Source of the DNA: an uncultured Candidatus Saccharibacteria bacterium
GTDB lineage: Bacteria; Patescibacteriota; UBA1384; JAGVHQ01
Direction: 5' to 3'
Assembly: GCA_964362865.1 (NCBI GenBank)
Contig: CAYIGD010000002.1
Location: 4,253 to 68,252 of the forward strand
Length of the DNA: 64,000 nt
Shown here: one piece after another, positions 8,414 through 17,445 of the stretch
Position numbering within the stretch: the first letter of the stretch is position 1
Layout: the number at the start of each line of letters is the position of its first letter
Made by a program: the position numbers and the translations under genes
Notes under the pieces: model-generated
The model's database searches: none
The model's input: only the letters and a program-made list of their open reading frames with translations
What the model was told of the DNA's origin: nothing

Positions 8414-10599
8414 CGCAGGGTTATGCCCTTGATTGTGCGAAAAATATTCAGTATTGAAGATTGTGTCTGGGCAAGCTCTTTTTGAGTCGGCGTATGCGTT
8501 TTAAAATCAAGTTCAAATCGGATGGTAATACTCTCCCCTTTTTCAGATGAGAATGCATCAATAACGTAATACCCTCGAACGTTGGCAGTAATTTTTTTAT
8601 CGAGTTCAGCTTGTATGGCGTAAAATAAAACGCGGCCTGTGAAAAATGACACATCAAAAATACTGACCGGGTACGAAGACGGTTCTTTAATTCCCAGAAC
8701 AGGTTGGAATGGGTCATGTAATGCGTTCAACTCTATTTTCAGGGATGCAATCTGAGGGTGGTTTTTGGCGGTGTGAGAACGTGGGAGAGTAAGGTATCCC
8801 AAGCTGATTTTTTCTGAATTCTGTTTCCAAGCAAAGGACGATCGAGCATCGAATTCAGCGGATGCGGGTTCTGCTGAAGGGCTGCCCGCCCCACACAGTA
8901 GTGTTCTCAATTGCTGGAGCACAGGCATTTTTGGGGCAGTGGGCGTGAACATAACCGCAGTTCGTTCCGACCCCCTATGAAAAATTGTGCCGATTTCAAA
9001 CAGCATCGGATCGTCAACCGACTGTAGCAGGGTACCAATCGCCTTTAAATGGGCTTGCGCAAAATTAGCGCGCAGGGCTTGTTTGCCGGTGGGGACATTT
9101 TCGGGAATGACTACGCCAATCTTTACAAAACTTGTTGTCAGGATTTCAGAAAAACCATAAGCAATCGCCAGGGCGCGAATGTATTCCGCCTTTAAATAAG
9201 AGGTGTTTTGCTGCGGGAGGGTGGTTGTAATGGTTAACGGCGCTTCTGGAATCGCGTCATACCCAATATCACGCGCAATTTCTTCCGCTAAATTAGAGCT
9301 ATGTTCGAGGTCATTGCGAAAACTCGGCGAATTAACACTCCTGCCATGTAGCTCACATCCGATTCTTTTTAGAGCAATCCGCATTCTAGATTCCCGGATT
9401 CGCGTACCCAGTAACGCATTGATAGCATCGGGATGAAAGGGTATCGCCTTCTTCGGGACAGGCCCCTTAATCGTTTCGTACCCCTCGATGCTCGCCCCGA
9501 TTTTTTGTAAAAGCACAATTAAGTAGCCGAGCGCCCGATCAATATTGGCAGTGTCTGCGCCTCTTCGAAAACGAAGACTACTTGCAGTCTGAAGGTTCAA
9601 TCTGATTGAGGTGCGGGCAATCGGCTCAGGCGCAAATGTTGCCAGTTCGATTGCGATCCGTTTTGTATTGAAAGAGACTGCTCCCGCGCGAGCGCCAATT
9701 ATTCCTGCCAGTGCAAGCACGTCGTGTCCGTCAGTTGTGACTACATCACCTTTTTGCAGCAGATATTGTTGGCCATCAAGGGCTTCAAATGCCTGTTTTT
9801 TTGTTACCGTTTTAACTAATAGACTCGAAAGTAAATCAGCATCATAGGCATGCGCGCTTTGGCCTGTGGCTAGCATGGTGAGGTTGAGAATGTCCACGAT
9901 CGGATGTACTCTCTTCAGAACCGTATGTGTGATAAGCTCCGATAATTGATCGGGAATAGTAATGTTTTTTAGATTGATTAGTAAAACATCAAGCCGTGCC
10001 GCGCTCCCACGTGCGATCGGGAATCCGAGCGGGATCTCTTTTTTAAGCGGGTTGGTAATCGCTTTCAAGCGTGTACGTGTCTTAACACTTATTTCGCGCG
10101 CTAAGCCATATGCCCCCAAGATGTCATGCCGTGGACTTTTCGTGTCAACTTCTAGCATGCGTCCGGTCTCAAAAGGTGCGCCGATCTCATCTTCCGGGGA
10201 GAGGATATGGATTCCCGTAGTTTCGTGACCAATCCCTATTTCCTTTTGTGAAAGTAGCATCCCTTCTGACTCAATCCCTCGGATTTTTTTGGGGGTAACG
10301 GTTAACGCAGGTAGGCGCGCCCCGGTAAGAGCGAGCGGAACTTTCTGCCCGAGGGCGATATTAGGCGCGCCGCACACCACTTCCAGCGGGCGTGTTGCGC
10401 CATAATCAACTACTGCAAGTCGCAGTCGCAAAACGTTCGGGTGCGCTCGGATGGAAATGATTTTTCCGACTACGACCCCTTCAAGACGTTGCGCAAGGTA
10501 CTCTGTTTCAATTCCACGCTGCGTCAGGGTGCGGGCCGCCTCCTCTCCAGAGAGAGCAGGTGTTAGAAATTGATTTACAAGCGCCAGCGGAATTCTCAT
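8410..10599 (-). CDS. pheT: Phenylalanyl-tRNA synthetase beta subunit
   Basis: 729 aa with an N-terminal tRNA-binding fold (VVVGKIISIRAHPNVLRLRLAVVDYG) and the B3/4, B5 and C-terminal domain architecture. Overlaps pheS by 4 nt. Confidence 0.9.
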   Translation of the reverse strand: MRIPLALVNQFLTPALSGEEAARTLTQRGIETEYLAQRLEGVVVGKIISIRAHPNVLRLRLAVVDYGATRPLEVVCGAPNIALGQKVPLALTGARLPALTVTPKKIRGIESEGMLLSQKEIGIGHETTGIHILSPEDEIGAPFETGRMLEVDTKSPRHDILGAYGLAREISVKTRTRLKAITNPLKKEIPLGFPIARGSAARLDVLLINLKNITIPDQLSELITHTVLKRVHPIVDILNLTMLATGQSAHAYDADLLSSLLVKTVTKKQAFEALDGQQYLLQKGDVVTTDGHDVLALAGIIGARAGAVSFNTKRIAIELATFAPEPIARTSIRLNLQTASSLRFRRGADTANIDRALGYLIVLLQKIGASIEGYETIKGPVPKKAIPFHPDAINALLGTRIRESRMRIALKRIGCELHGRSVNSPSFRNDLEHSSNLAEEIARDIGYDAIPEAPLTITTTLPQQNTSYLKAEYIRALAIAYGFSEILTTSFVKIGVVIPENVPTGKQALRANFAQAHLKAIGTLLQSVDDPMLFEIGTIFHRGSERTAVMFTPTAPKMPVLQQLRTLLCGAGSPSAEPASAEFDARSSFAWKQNSEKISLGYLTLPRSHTAKNHPQIASLKIELNALHDPFQPVLGIKEPSSYPVSIFDVSFFTGRVLFYAIQAELDKKITANVRGYYVIDAFSSEKGESITIRFELDFKTHTPTQKELAQTQSSILNIFRTIKGITLR

Positions 10600-11615
10600 C
10601 TGAGTACCCCAGGAAATTGCTCCATCACAAAGCGATCGGGTGTAAGAAAGGAACGGATGTCAGTAATTTTGTATTTGATCATTGCCAGCCGCTCGACACC
10701 TACACCAAATGCAAATCCCGAAATATGAGCGGGATTATAGCCGACATTTTGAAGAACTTGGGGGTGGATCATTCCTGCTCCGAGAATCTCAAGCCAACCG
10801 GTTTGTTTACAAATCGCACACCCTTCTCCTTCGCACTGAATGCAGGCAAGATCGACCTCCAGCGACGGCTGCGTAAACGGGAAATAACTCGGTCGGAATC
10901 GCAACTTTACGGAGCGCCCGAATATCGCTTCGAGCGCCGCATGGAGTGTCCACTTCAAATTCGCCACAGTTGTCCCCTGTTGCACAACAAACCCCTCCAC
11001 TTGGTGGAAAACACTCGCATGGGTCGCATCTTCTGCTTCGTAGCGATAGACCCGCCCCGGGACAATCACCCTCAGGGGTGGTTTTGACTCTGCCATCACG
11101 CGGATTTGCATGGGAGAGGTATGTGTGCGCAAGAGTGTTCCTTTTCGACGATTAATCCAAATCGTGTCGTGCGCTTCGCGGGCAGGATGTAAAGGAGGGA
11201 TATTTAATAAATCAAAATTGTACTTCGCGGTCTCAATTTCGGTGCCTTCCAGTACTTGAAAGTTTATTTTAGTAAAAAAAGAAACAATTTCGTTAATAAT
11301 TATTCCGACAGGATGGCGATGGCCGGCTTGAGATTTTTCGCCGGGAAACGTTGGGTCAAAATAGGGAGGGGCTCCCGCATCTTTTTGTGTTATGTCTGGA
11401 ATTGAATCTAGAAGAGTCTTCGCCCGAGTTTCTCGTTCGTGCAGCGCCTTCCCGAGGTTACGCCGCTCAGTTTGAGGAAGAGCCTTTAGTTGGTGATAGG
11501 CGCGGCGTAAAAGACCTTCCTTTCCTAACAGGAGCCCTCGGGCATCTTGGGAGCGTGCCCCGTGGGTGAGAACACGATCGATTTCATTCAGCAGCGCAGG
11601 GATTGACTGTGTCAT
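10596..11615 (-). CDS. pheS: Phenylalanyl-tRNA synthetase alpha subunit
   Basis: Class II motifs HPAREAHDT, FRPSYFPFTQPS and GAGMIHPQV. Confidence 0.92.
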   Translation of the reverse strand: MTQSIPALLNEIDRVLTHGARSQDARGLLLGKEGLLRRAYHQLKALPQTERRNLGKALHERETRAKTLLDSIPDITQKDAGAPPYFDPTFPGEKSQAGHRHPVGIIINEIVSFFTKINFQVLEGTEIETAKYNFDLLNIPPLHPAREAHDTIWINRRKGTLLRTHTSPMQIRVMAESKPPLRVIVPGRVYRYEAEDATHASVFHQVEGFVVQQGTTVANLKWTLHAALEAIFGRSVKLRFRPSYFPFTQPSLEVDLACIQCEGEGCAICKQTGWLEILGAGMIHPQVLQNVGYNPAHISGFAFGVGVERLAMIKYKITDIRSFLTPDRFVMEQFPGVLR

Positions 11616-11977
11616 TTTCCACCCTGAAAAAATAGTTCAACTAAAAATAAGATACTGACCGCGAGTAATGCATTCCAGACTGTTAGAATCTGTAATGTAT
11701 TAAGAACTAAGATAAATGTAATCCCGCCACCGATCAAAAGACCAGTCCGAATTGATGGGATAATCGAGCCAAGAATCATTTCCTTGTTGGATTGCGCAAC
11801 GCGCATACGATAGACGATCAGTGTTGCCCCGGAAGAAGAAATCAAAAAAAGACTCGCGAAAAAACTACCCATTAAAAGTTGATCACTGGAATTTGGCGGA
11901 AATCCGAATACAATCAAGCTGAAAATAATAAGCGAGCCGATCAGCGCGGATCGTACTGAGGAAAGGAGCTTTTTCAT
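11612..11977 (-). CDS. Hypothetical small integral membrane protein
   Basis: 121 aa with about four predicted hydrophobic helices. Overlaps pheS and rbfA by 4 nt each, which suggests translational coupling. Confidence 0.45.
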   Translation of the reverse strand: MKKLLSSVRSALIGSLIIFSLIVFGFPPNSSDQLLMGSFFASLFLISSSGATLIVYRMRVAQSNKEMILGSIIPSIRTGLLIGGGITFILVLNTLQILTVWNALLAVSILFLVELFFQGGK

Positions 11978-12336
11978 TGATGCCGTAGGCGTGAAAGCGC
12001 GGCATCAATCTTCACGCTCTGCTCATCCAGGCGCCACTCGAGCTGCGGGATATAGCGCAGGACCATCTTTGCATGTAATTTTTCCCGAATGTTCGGTAAG
12101 GATTGATTGAGGACGCGCAGGACGCGCCTTGTATTCTCGGGTACGCTAATAAAAACAGTCGCGGACCGTTTGTCTGTTCTCACAACCAAACCCGAGATTG
12201 TGATAAATCCAAGTGCAGGAAAGTTTTCAGCAATGATCGCTTGTAACGATTCTTGTAGCTGCCGTGTGAAACGTTCACGTTCATACATTACCATTACTGT
12301 AACAGCTTGAACCATGTTACTCAACGGATAGAACAA
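11974..12336 (-). CDS. rbfA: Ribosome-binding factor A
   Basis: ITISGLVVRTDKRSATVFISV matches the RbfA core (V-V---DL--A-VY-S). The true start is probably at an internal Met around 12288-12294. Confidence 0.7.
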   Translation of the reverse strand: MFYPLSNMVQAVTVMVMYERERFTRQLQESLQAIIAENFPALGFITISGLVVRTDKRSATVFISVPENTRRVLRVLNQSLPNIREKLHAKMVLRYIPQLEWRLDEQSVKIDAALSRLRHQ

Positions 12337-12359
12337 GAAATATCAGATTAAAGGGTGTG

Positions 12360-12734
12360 TTAGCGCTTGGCCCACTGCGGTGCTCGACGCGCACGTTTTA
12401 AGCCGGGTTTTTTACGTTCTTTGACACGCGAATCAGAGGTGAGAAATCCAGCGGCGCGCAGAACGGAGCGATATTCGGGGTTGAGCTCGATGAGCGCATG
12501 TGCGCTACCGCCACGAATCGCTTCCAGCTGCGATACCTTTCCTCCGCCTCGAACGTGGGCGCTCAGATGATATGCACCCTCTTTTCCAATGATTGAGAAG
12601 GCTGCTTGGACAATCGGAGAAAGTTCCACTTCTTTCTCGTTGATTGTGGAAATACCGGCGCCCGAATACACCCGCACTTGCGCCACAGCGCTCTTACGGC
12701 GTCCTGTTCCGTAATAGTAGTGGTTAGTCGCCAT
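12360..12734 (-). CDS. rpsI: 30S ribosomal protein S9
   Basis: GTGRRKSAVAQV and the C-terminal KKPGLKRARRAPQWAKR. Confidence 0.95.
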   Translation of the reverse strand: MATNHYYYGTGRRKSAVAQVRVYSGAGISTINEKEVELSPIVQAAFSIIGKEGAYHLSAHVRGGGKVSQLEAIRGGSAHALIELNPEYRSVLRAAGFLTSDSRVKERKKPGLKRARRAPQWAKR

Positions 12735-13089
12735 TTTCCACTCGAATGAACTGAAGATTTTTTAAGTATCGCGCCCTTAAACGGTTATTTGGCAGCATCC
12801 GGCGAACAGCATCTTTCAATACGTTTTCCGGCTCTTTCTGAAGCCGTTCCCCCAGTGTTTTGGATGTCAGCGCGCCCGGGTAGCCCGAATGGCGGTAATA
12901 GCGTTTTGTACTTAGCTTCCCACCGGTCACTTGGATTGAGCGGACTCCTGCGACCAATACTTTGACCGCAGGGACACGATTGGCAAGGAAGTCCGGGCGG
13001 TCTTTTCCGCGCAGCTTTACGGCGATTTCCGTTGCGACGCGCCCTAAAATTTTACCCGCGACGTTGATCGTAACCGTATTTTCGTTCAC
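12724..13089 (-). CDS. rplM: 50S ribosomal protein L13
   Basis: GRVATEIAVKLRGKDRPDF...RMLPNNRL matches L13. Confidence 0.93.
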   Translation of the reverse strand: MNENTVTINVAGKILGRVATEIAVKLRGKDRPDFLANRVPAVKVLVAGVRSIQVTGGKLSTKRYYRHSGYPGALTSKTLGERLQKEPENVLKDAVRRMLPNNRLRARYLKNLQFIRVENGD

Positions 13090-13490
13090 TGCTTACTCCG
13101 CGGAGTTATTTTTGGTTTAGGTTCTTTTTTTGCGGGTGCCTTTTGAGAGGCGACCGGCTCTTTCGCAATCAGCTCCACTCGGGCGAGCGGAGCATTATCT
13201 CCGCTGCGCGTACCAATTGAAGTAATCCGAAGCGCTCCCGACGAATCTTCCAATCGCGCGCCCAGGTTTTCTTGCATTTTCTTTGCGGCGGGGCCTGTTA
13301 GAGAGGCGCGCAACTGCCGGTATCCGGAAAGTGTTTTGGTACGTGCAATTGAGTGTACGCGCGCGAATACTCGTCGAACTTCTTTTGAGCGTGCGTGCGT
13401 GGTGGTTATACCTTCATACAGAATTAGTGAAGAAACAAGATTCTTCAGGAGGTGTTTTCGGGGGCCGCGTTGGCGGGAAAGTTTACGCAT
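13086..13490 (-). CDS. rplQ: 50S ribosomal protein L17
   Basis: RKLSRQRGPRKHLLKNLVSSL...TTTHARSKEVRR...SGDNAPLARVEL matches L17. Carries a lysine-rich C-terminal tail. Confidence 0.9.
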   Translation of the reverse strand: MRKLSRQRGPRKHLLKNLVSSLILYEGITTTHARSKEVRRVFARVHSIARTKTLSGYRQLRASLTGPAAKKMQENLGARLEDSSGALRITSIGTRSGDNAPLARVELIAKEPVASQKAPAKKEPKPKITPRSKQ

Positions 13491-14289
13491 CAGACGCTAC
13501 TTTTCCTTTTTTCTTATCGGAGGCAGGTGCTTTTTCTTTTTTCGGCGATAATTTTCGTTCAGATCGTTTGGGCGCGGCCGGTTCGGTAACCTGAGACTGA
13601 ATATGTTCGAGGTGATCACCAAGGATTGTAATCGCTGCCTTGACGGCGTTAATCGGAGGAATCGTTTGGTCAGTTTCAAGCGTAAGCGTTAAACGATCAA
13701 AGTTTGTCATTCCCTCTACGCGCGTGTTTTCAACCTCATAATGGACTTTACGGATCGGCGTAAAAATGCTGTCAATCGCGATCACCCCAATCGGTAGCTT
13801 TTCATCCACGCGCTTCTCCGTCGGAACATAGCCACGGCCATGCTCGACTGTCACTTCCAAGTTAATCGCCCCGCCTTTTTCAAGGTTGCAGATGACAAAA
13901 TCGCGGTCAACAAACTCTGAACGTGCGTTGGGAGTAAAATCAGATACCTTAACCGGACCGGGTGTTTTTTTGGAAAGGGTGAGAGTGACACCTTCTTCTC
14001 CTTCGAGTTTCAAGCGCACGCCTTTAAGATTCAGAATAATATTGACGATATCTTCTCGAACACCTTTAATGGTTGAGAATTCGTGGGTCGCATCTTCAAA
14101 TCGGACGGTTGTGATAGCGGCCCCACCGAGAGACGAGAGTAAAACTCGGCGCAGCGCGTTACCGATCGTGACTCCAAAACCGGGTAAAAGCGGCTCAATT
14201 ACAATTTCGGCTGCTCCCCGGGAAGCGTGCTGCGTGGTTACCTTAACAATTTCAGTCTCTGGGAGTTGATACATCTGTTCCTTTCTCAC
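13483..14289 (-). CDS. rpoA: DNA-directed RNA polymerase alpha subunit (N-terminal dimerisation domain only, Lys-rich tail)
   Basis: The alpha NTD is clear (IEPLLPGFGVTIGNALRRVLLSSL, GVREDIVNIILNLKGV, VPTEKR). After about residue 232 comes a 36 aa tail (PKRSERKLSPKKEKAPASDKKKGKVASDA) with no recognisable alpha-CTD HhH. rplQ starts immediately afterwards. Confidence 0.9.
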   Translation of the reverse strand: MRKEQMYQLPETEIVKVTTQHASRGAAEIVIEPLLPGFGVTIGNALRRVLLSSLGGAAITTVRFEDATHEFSTIKGVREDIVNIILNLKGVRLKLEGEEGVTLTLSKKTPGPVKVSDFTPNARSEFVDRDFVICNLEKGGAINLEVTVEHGRGYVPTEKRVDEKLPIGVIAIDSIFTPIRKVHYEVENTRVEGMTNFDRLTLTLETDQTIPPINAVKAAITILGDHLEHIQSQVTEPAAPKRSERKLSPKKEKAPASDKKKGKVASDA

Positions 14290-14861
14290 CGAGAATAATA
14301 CTCGACGATAAGTTGTTCATTAATTTCTGTTGGCATCTGCTCACGCTCGGGCAGAGCACTCACGGTTACTTCTTTTTTGGTGGCGTTGGCTTTGAGCCAT
14401 TTTTCAACCTGGCCCTCGGACTCTCGCATTCCCTTTTTCAGCGTCAGAGTGTCACTGATCTTTAAGTGCGCGGAAGGAATATTCATCCGTTTTCCATTTA
14501 AGAGTACAAGGCCATGCGTAATCAGCTGGCGCGCATGAGCGCGAGAGCGCGTAAACCCTGATCGGTACAAGACATTATCGGCGCGTTGTTCCAGGATTTT
14601 TAGCAGTGCCTCTCCGGTATTAGTGGTAGAGCGGGCTGCAATTTTAAACATTCGACGCAATTGGGCCTCTTTGAGTCCGTACAGCGCCTTAATTTTTTGT
14701 TTTTCTTTCAGCTGAAGGGAAAAGTTACTCTCTTTCATACGAACGCGGCTTGTTCCGTGTTGGCCTGGCCGGTATGGACGGCGTTGAAATGCCTTTACCG
14801 ATCCGGTGAGGTACGTCCCAAGGCGTCGTGAAATTTTTGTCTTCGCGCGGCGCAAATCCAT
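14286..14861 (-). CDS. rpsD: 30S ribosomal protein S4
   Basis: Canonical S4 N-terminus and S4 domain (LESRLDNVLYRSGF-like: LEQRADNVLYRSGF). Confidence 0.95.
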   Translation of the reverse strand: MDLRRAKTKISRRLGTYLTGSVKAFQRRPYRPGQHGTSRVRMKESNFSLQLKEKQKIKALYGLKEAQLRRMFKIAARSTTNTGEALLKILEQRADNVLYRSGFTRSRAHARQLITHGLVLLNGKRMNIPSAHLKISDTLTLKKGMRESEGQVEKWLKANATKKEVTVSALPEREQMPTEINEQLIVEYYSR

Positions 14862-15244
14862 CAGACTCTCCTCGGTTTCTTCGCCCGTACGCCGTTGTGC
14901 GGGATGGGCGTCACGTCTTGGATTGAATGCACGATAATACCGACGCCTTGGAGCGCGCGGATTGAAGCATCGCGGCCTGATCCGGCACCGGAAACAAAAA
15001 TATCCACTGCTGCAATTGTGTATGGGCGTGCGCGCTCTAAAGCATTTCGCATTGTGACCTGTGCGGCATAGGGCGTGGCCTTGCGGCCACCTTTAAATCC
15101 AGAAGAGCCGGCACTGGCCCAGGAGACGACGTTTCCGAGCTGATCGGCAATGGAAATAATGACATTATTAAACGTGGACTGAATTGTGATTCGGCCGCGT
15201 TGAATTGGAGCAATGATCTTTTTCTTTTTGCGTTGGAGCGCCAT
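14861..15244 (-). CDS. rpsK: 30S ribosomal protein S11
   Basis: IQSTFNNVIISIADQLGNVVSWASAGSSGFKGGRKATPYAAQ matches S11. Confidence 0.95.
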   Translation of the reverse strand: MALQRKKKKIIAPIQRGRITIQSTFNNVIISIADQLGNVVSWASAGSSGFKGGRKATPYAAQVTMRNALERARPYTIAAVDIFVSGAGSGRDASIRALQGVGIIVHSIQDVTPIPHNGVRAKKPRRV

Positions 15245-15245
15245 T

Positions 15246-15629
15246 TTATGTCTTTTCTGATGCTTTCTTACGGCCTGATCCGACCGTCACCCGTTTGCCG
15301 CGTTTCGTACGGGCATTTGTTTTTGTGCGCTGCCCGCGCACGGGAAGGTTGCGCGCATGCCGCAGTCCGCGATAAGCGTGGATTTCTTTGAGACGTTTAA
15401 TGTTTTGTCCGATCGTCACTTTGAGGTCTCCTTCAACCTTGTAGGCGGAAATTCGTGTTCGAATGCGCTCCACCTCTTCACTAGTGAGGTCTTTGAGCCG
15501 CACGTCTTCTTTCACGCGCGCATCTCGTAATATCTTGCGTGAAAGGGATGGTCCAATCCCGTAGATGGCGGTAATGCCCACCACGACCCTTTTTCCCATC
15601 GGTAAAAGTGTGCCCGCAATTCGAATCAT
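15246..15629 (-). CDS. rpsM: 30S ribosomal protein S13
   Basis: [26 protein letters not shown] and the basic C-terminal tail. Confidence 0.95.
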   Translation of the reverse strand: MIRIAGTLLPMGKRVVVGITAIYGIGPSLSRKILRDARVKEDVRLKDLTSEEVERIRTRISAYKVEGDLKVTIGQNIKRLKEIHAYRGLRHARNLPVRGQRTKTNARTKRGKRVTVGSGRKKASEKT

Positions 15630-15742
15630 TATCCCTGTCTTTGTTTATGTTTCGGGCTCGTGCAGATTACCCGAACAACACCCGCTCTGCGGATTATTTT
15701 ACAGTTACGGCACATTTTCTTAACCGATGGCCTTACCTTCAT
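15629..15742 (-). CDS. rpmJ: 50S ribosomal protein L36
   Basis: Not in the ORF track. Reverse-complement translation gives [37 protein letters not shown] (37 aa, C-x2-C...C-x4-H zinc ribbon). Its TAA stop shares 1 nt with the rpsM ATG, and the infA stop overlaps its start. Confidence 0.85.
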   Translation of the reverse strand: MKVRPSVKKMCRNCKIIRRAGVVRVICTSPKHKQRQG

Positions 15743-15975
15743 TGTACTGTTCCATTCTGGAGATTGAGACGGCGGCTGATGCGACCTTTCGACAAGTCGT
15801 ACGGAGTCAGTTCGACCGTGACGGTGTCGCCGGGAAGAATTTTGATGCGGTGGAGGCGCATTTTGCCGGAAATATGGCCTAAGATTTCATGCCCATTATC
15901 TAACACTACCTTAAATAAGGCGTTTGGCAGTGCCTCAAGCACTCTGCCTTGAGCTTCGATAACATCTTTATTCAT
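15739..15975 (-). CDS. infA: Translation initiation factor IF-1
   Basis: [31 protein letters not shown]...[21 protein letters not shown] matches the IF-1 S1-like fold. Confidence 0.93.
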   Translation of the reverse strand: MNKDVIEAQGRVLEALPNALFKVVLDNGHEILGHISGKMRLHRIKILPGDTVTVELTPYDLSKGRISRRLNLQNGTVQ

Positions 15976-16786
15976 GCGTGGGCTCTACCTCAACTCTTCC
16001 AATTCGCCCGAGAATTCGAGCGTACGCCTCTAGTGTAGCGTTTTGAGGGCGTTTCGTCAAGATCTCAGCCCCTTTTTTGGTAACTAGTATCGTATGTTCG
16101 AAATGAGCGGCGTTTTTTCCGTCGGCCGTTCGCACTGTCCAAGCGTCCGGGTCAGTCACAACGTGCCAGTCACCCAGAGTGACCATCGGTTCGATCGCTA
16201 ATGCCATTCCCGCTGCCAGGATAGGGCCTGTTCCAATTTCTCCAAGATTCAGGATCCGCGGATCCATCTGAAGTGCGGGTCCGATCCCGTGTCCGCACAG
16301 GTCCCGCACAATCCCGAGCCGAGCTTGCGTGATTACATCTGCAATCGCGGCCTGTACGTCGCCGAGGTGAACCCCATCCCGTACCTTCGCGATTCCCGCC
16401 ATCAGAGCAGATTCGGTCACTTGGAGGAGTCGGGCGTCTTCCAAGCGAGGTTTTCCAATAATTATGGTAAGGGCGGAGTCAACAAATACACCTTTGTTCT
16501 TCAAGCCGATGTCAATTCCCAAAACATCGCCAGTGCGGATACGTTCGTTATTCGGGATGCCATGCACCAGGGCGTCATTGCGTGAAAGACAGGTTGCATA
16601 ACGGTATCCTTGATGATTAAGGAATGCGGCCTTGACCCGCGCTTGTTTTATGCGCGCGTAGGCGAACGTGTCCAAAGCGATAAGAGTTACGCCGGGTTTT
16701 GCGGCCTGTGCGGTGAGAGCAAGGATATATCCTAAAAGCGGACCAAGTTCGCGCATGGCATTTATTTGTTTTTGGGAAAGAATCAT
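15968..16786 (-). CDS. map: Methionine aminopeptidase type I
   Basis: Metal-binding residues of the pita-bread fold (D...D...H...E...E pattern) with [14 protein letters not shown] and FEHTILVT. Confidence 0.92.
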   Translation of the reverse strand: MILSQKQINAMRELGPLLGYILALTAQAAKPGVTLIALDTFAYARIKQARVKAAFLNHQGYRYATCLSRNDALVHGIPNNERIRTGDVLGIDIGLKNKGVFVDSALTIIIGKPRLEDARLLQVTESALMAGIAKVRDGVHLGDVQAAIADVITQARLGIVRDLCGHGIGPALQMDPRILNLGEIGTGPILAAGMALAIEPMVTLGDWHVVTDPDAWTVRTADGKNAAHFEHTILVTKKGAEILTKRPQNATLEAYARILGRIGRVEVEPTHE

Positions 16787-17445
16787 CGTGCCTCTTTTTT
16801 TAAAAAAGTGTTGATTTCAGTAAGCAAAGCGCGCGTGACATCTTTAATCGGCGGGGTGCCGTCTACGCTTACTAAGCGGCCTTGTACGCGATAATGGTCA
16901 ATTACCGGAAGGGTTTGACGCCGAAAAATATCAAGCCGTTTTCGAATTGACTGTTCGGTATCGTCATGGCGAACCACAAGCGTCCCCCCGCATTTTTTGC
17001 ACTGTTCGGCAAATTCTTCGGACGAAGAAGGGGCTTTGATTGTGGCAACCAACTTGCAATTCGTGCAAATACGACGGTTTTTTATGCGTTCAAGGGAAAT
17101 TTTTTCGGGTAGCGTAATATAGACCGCGAACGGCTCCGCTCCTTTATATTTCTTCAACAGGAAGTTGAAATCGTTATACTGGCGCATATCACGCGGAAAT
17201 CCGTCAAAGACTATTCCATTAGCCTGATGGGTTTTAAAGTAATCCTCCATCAACTGGAAAATGAATCCATCCGGAATAAGCTTTCCTTGCGAAAGTATCC
17301 GTTCGATTTCTGGGTCGTGATGAGTGCGGGCAAATTCCCGCAGAACGTCTCCCGTGGAAAAAACTCGATATCCAAAATGCTTGGCGAGCTCCTTAGTTTG
17401 CGTTCCCTTCCCGCTTCCTTGCGGGCCGAATAAAGCAATGTTCAT
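16783..17445 (-). CDS. adk: Adenylate kinase
   Basis: P-loop GPQGSGKGTQ and a Zn-binding LID (CTNCK...CKKCGG). Confidence 0.93.
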   Translation of the reverse strand: MNIALFGPQGSGKGTQTKELAKHFGYRVFSTGDVLREFARTHHDPEIERILSQGKLIPDGFIFQLMEDYFKTHQANGIVFDGFPRDMRQYNDFNFLLKKYKGAEPFAVYITLPEKISLERIKNRRICTNCKLVATIKAPSSSEEFAEQCKKCGGTLVVRHDDTEQSIRKRLDIFRRQTLPVIDHYRVQGRLVSVDGTPPIKDVTRALLTEINTFLKKEAR

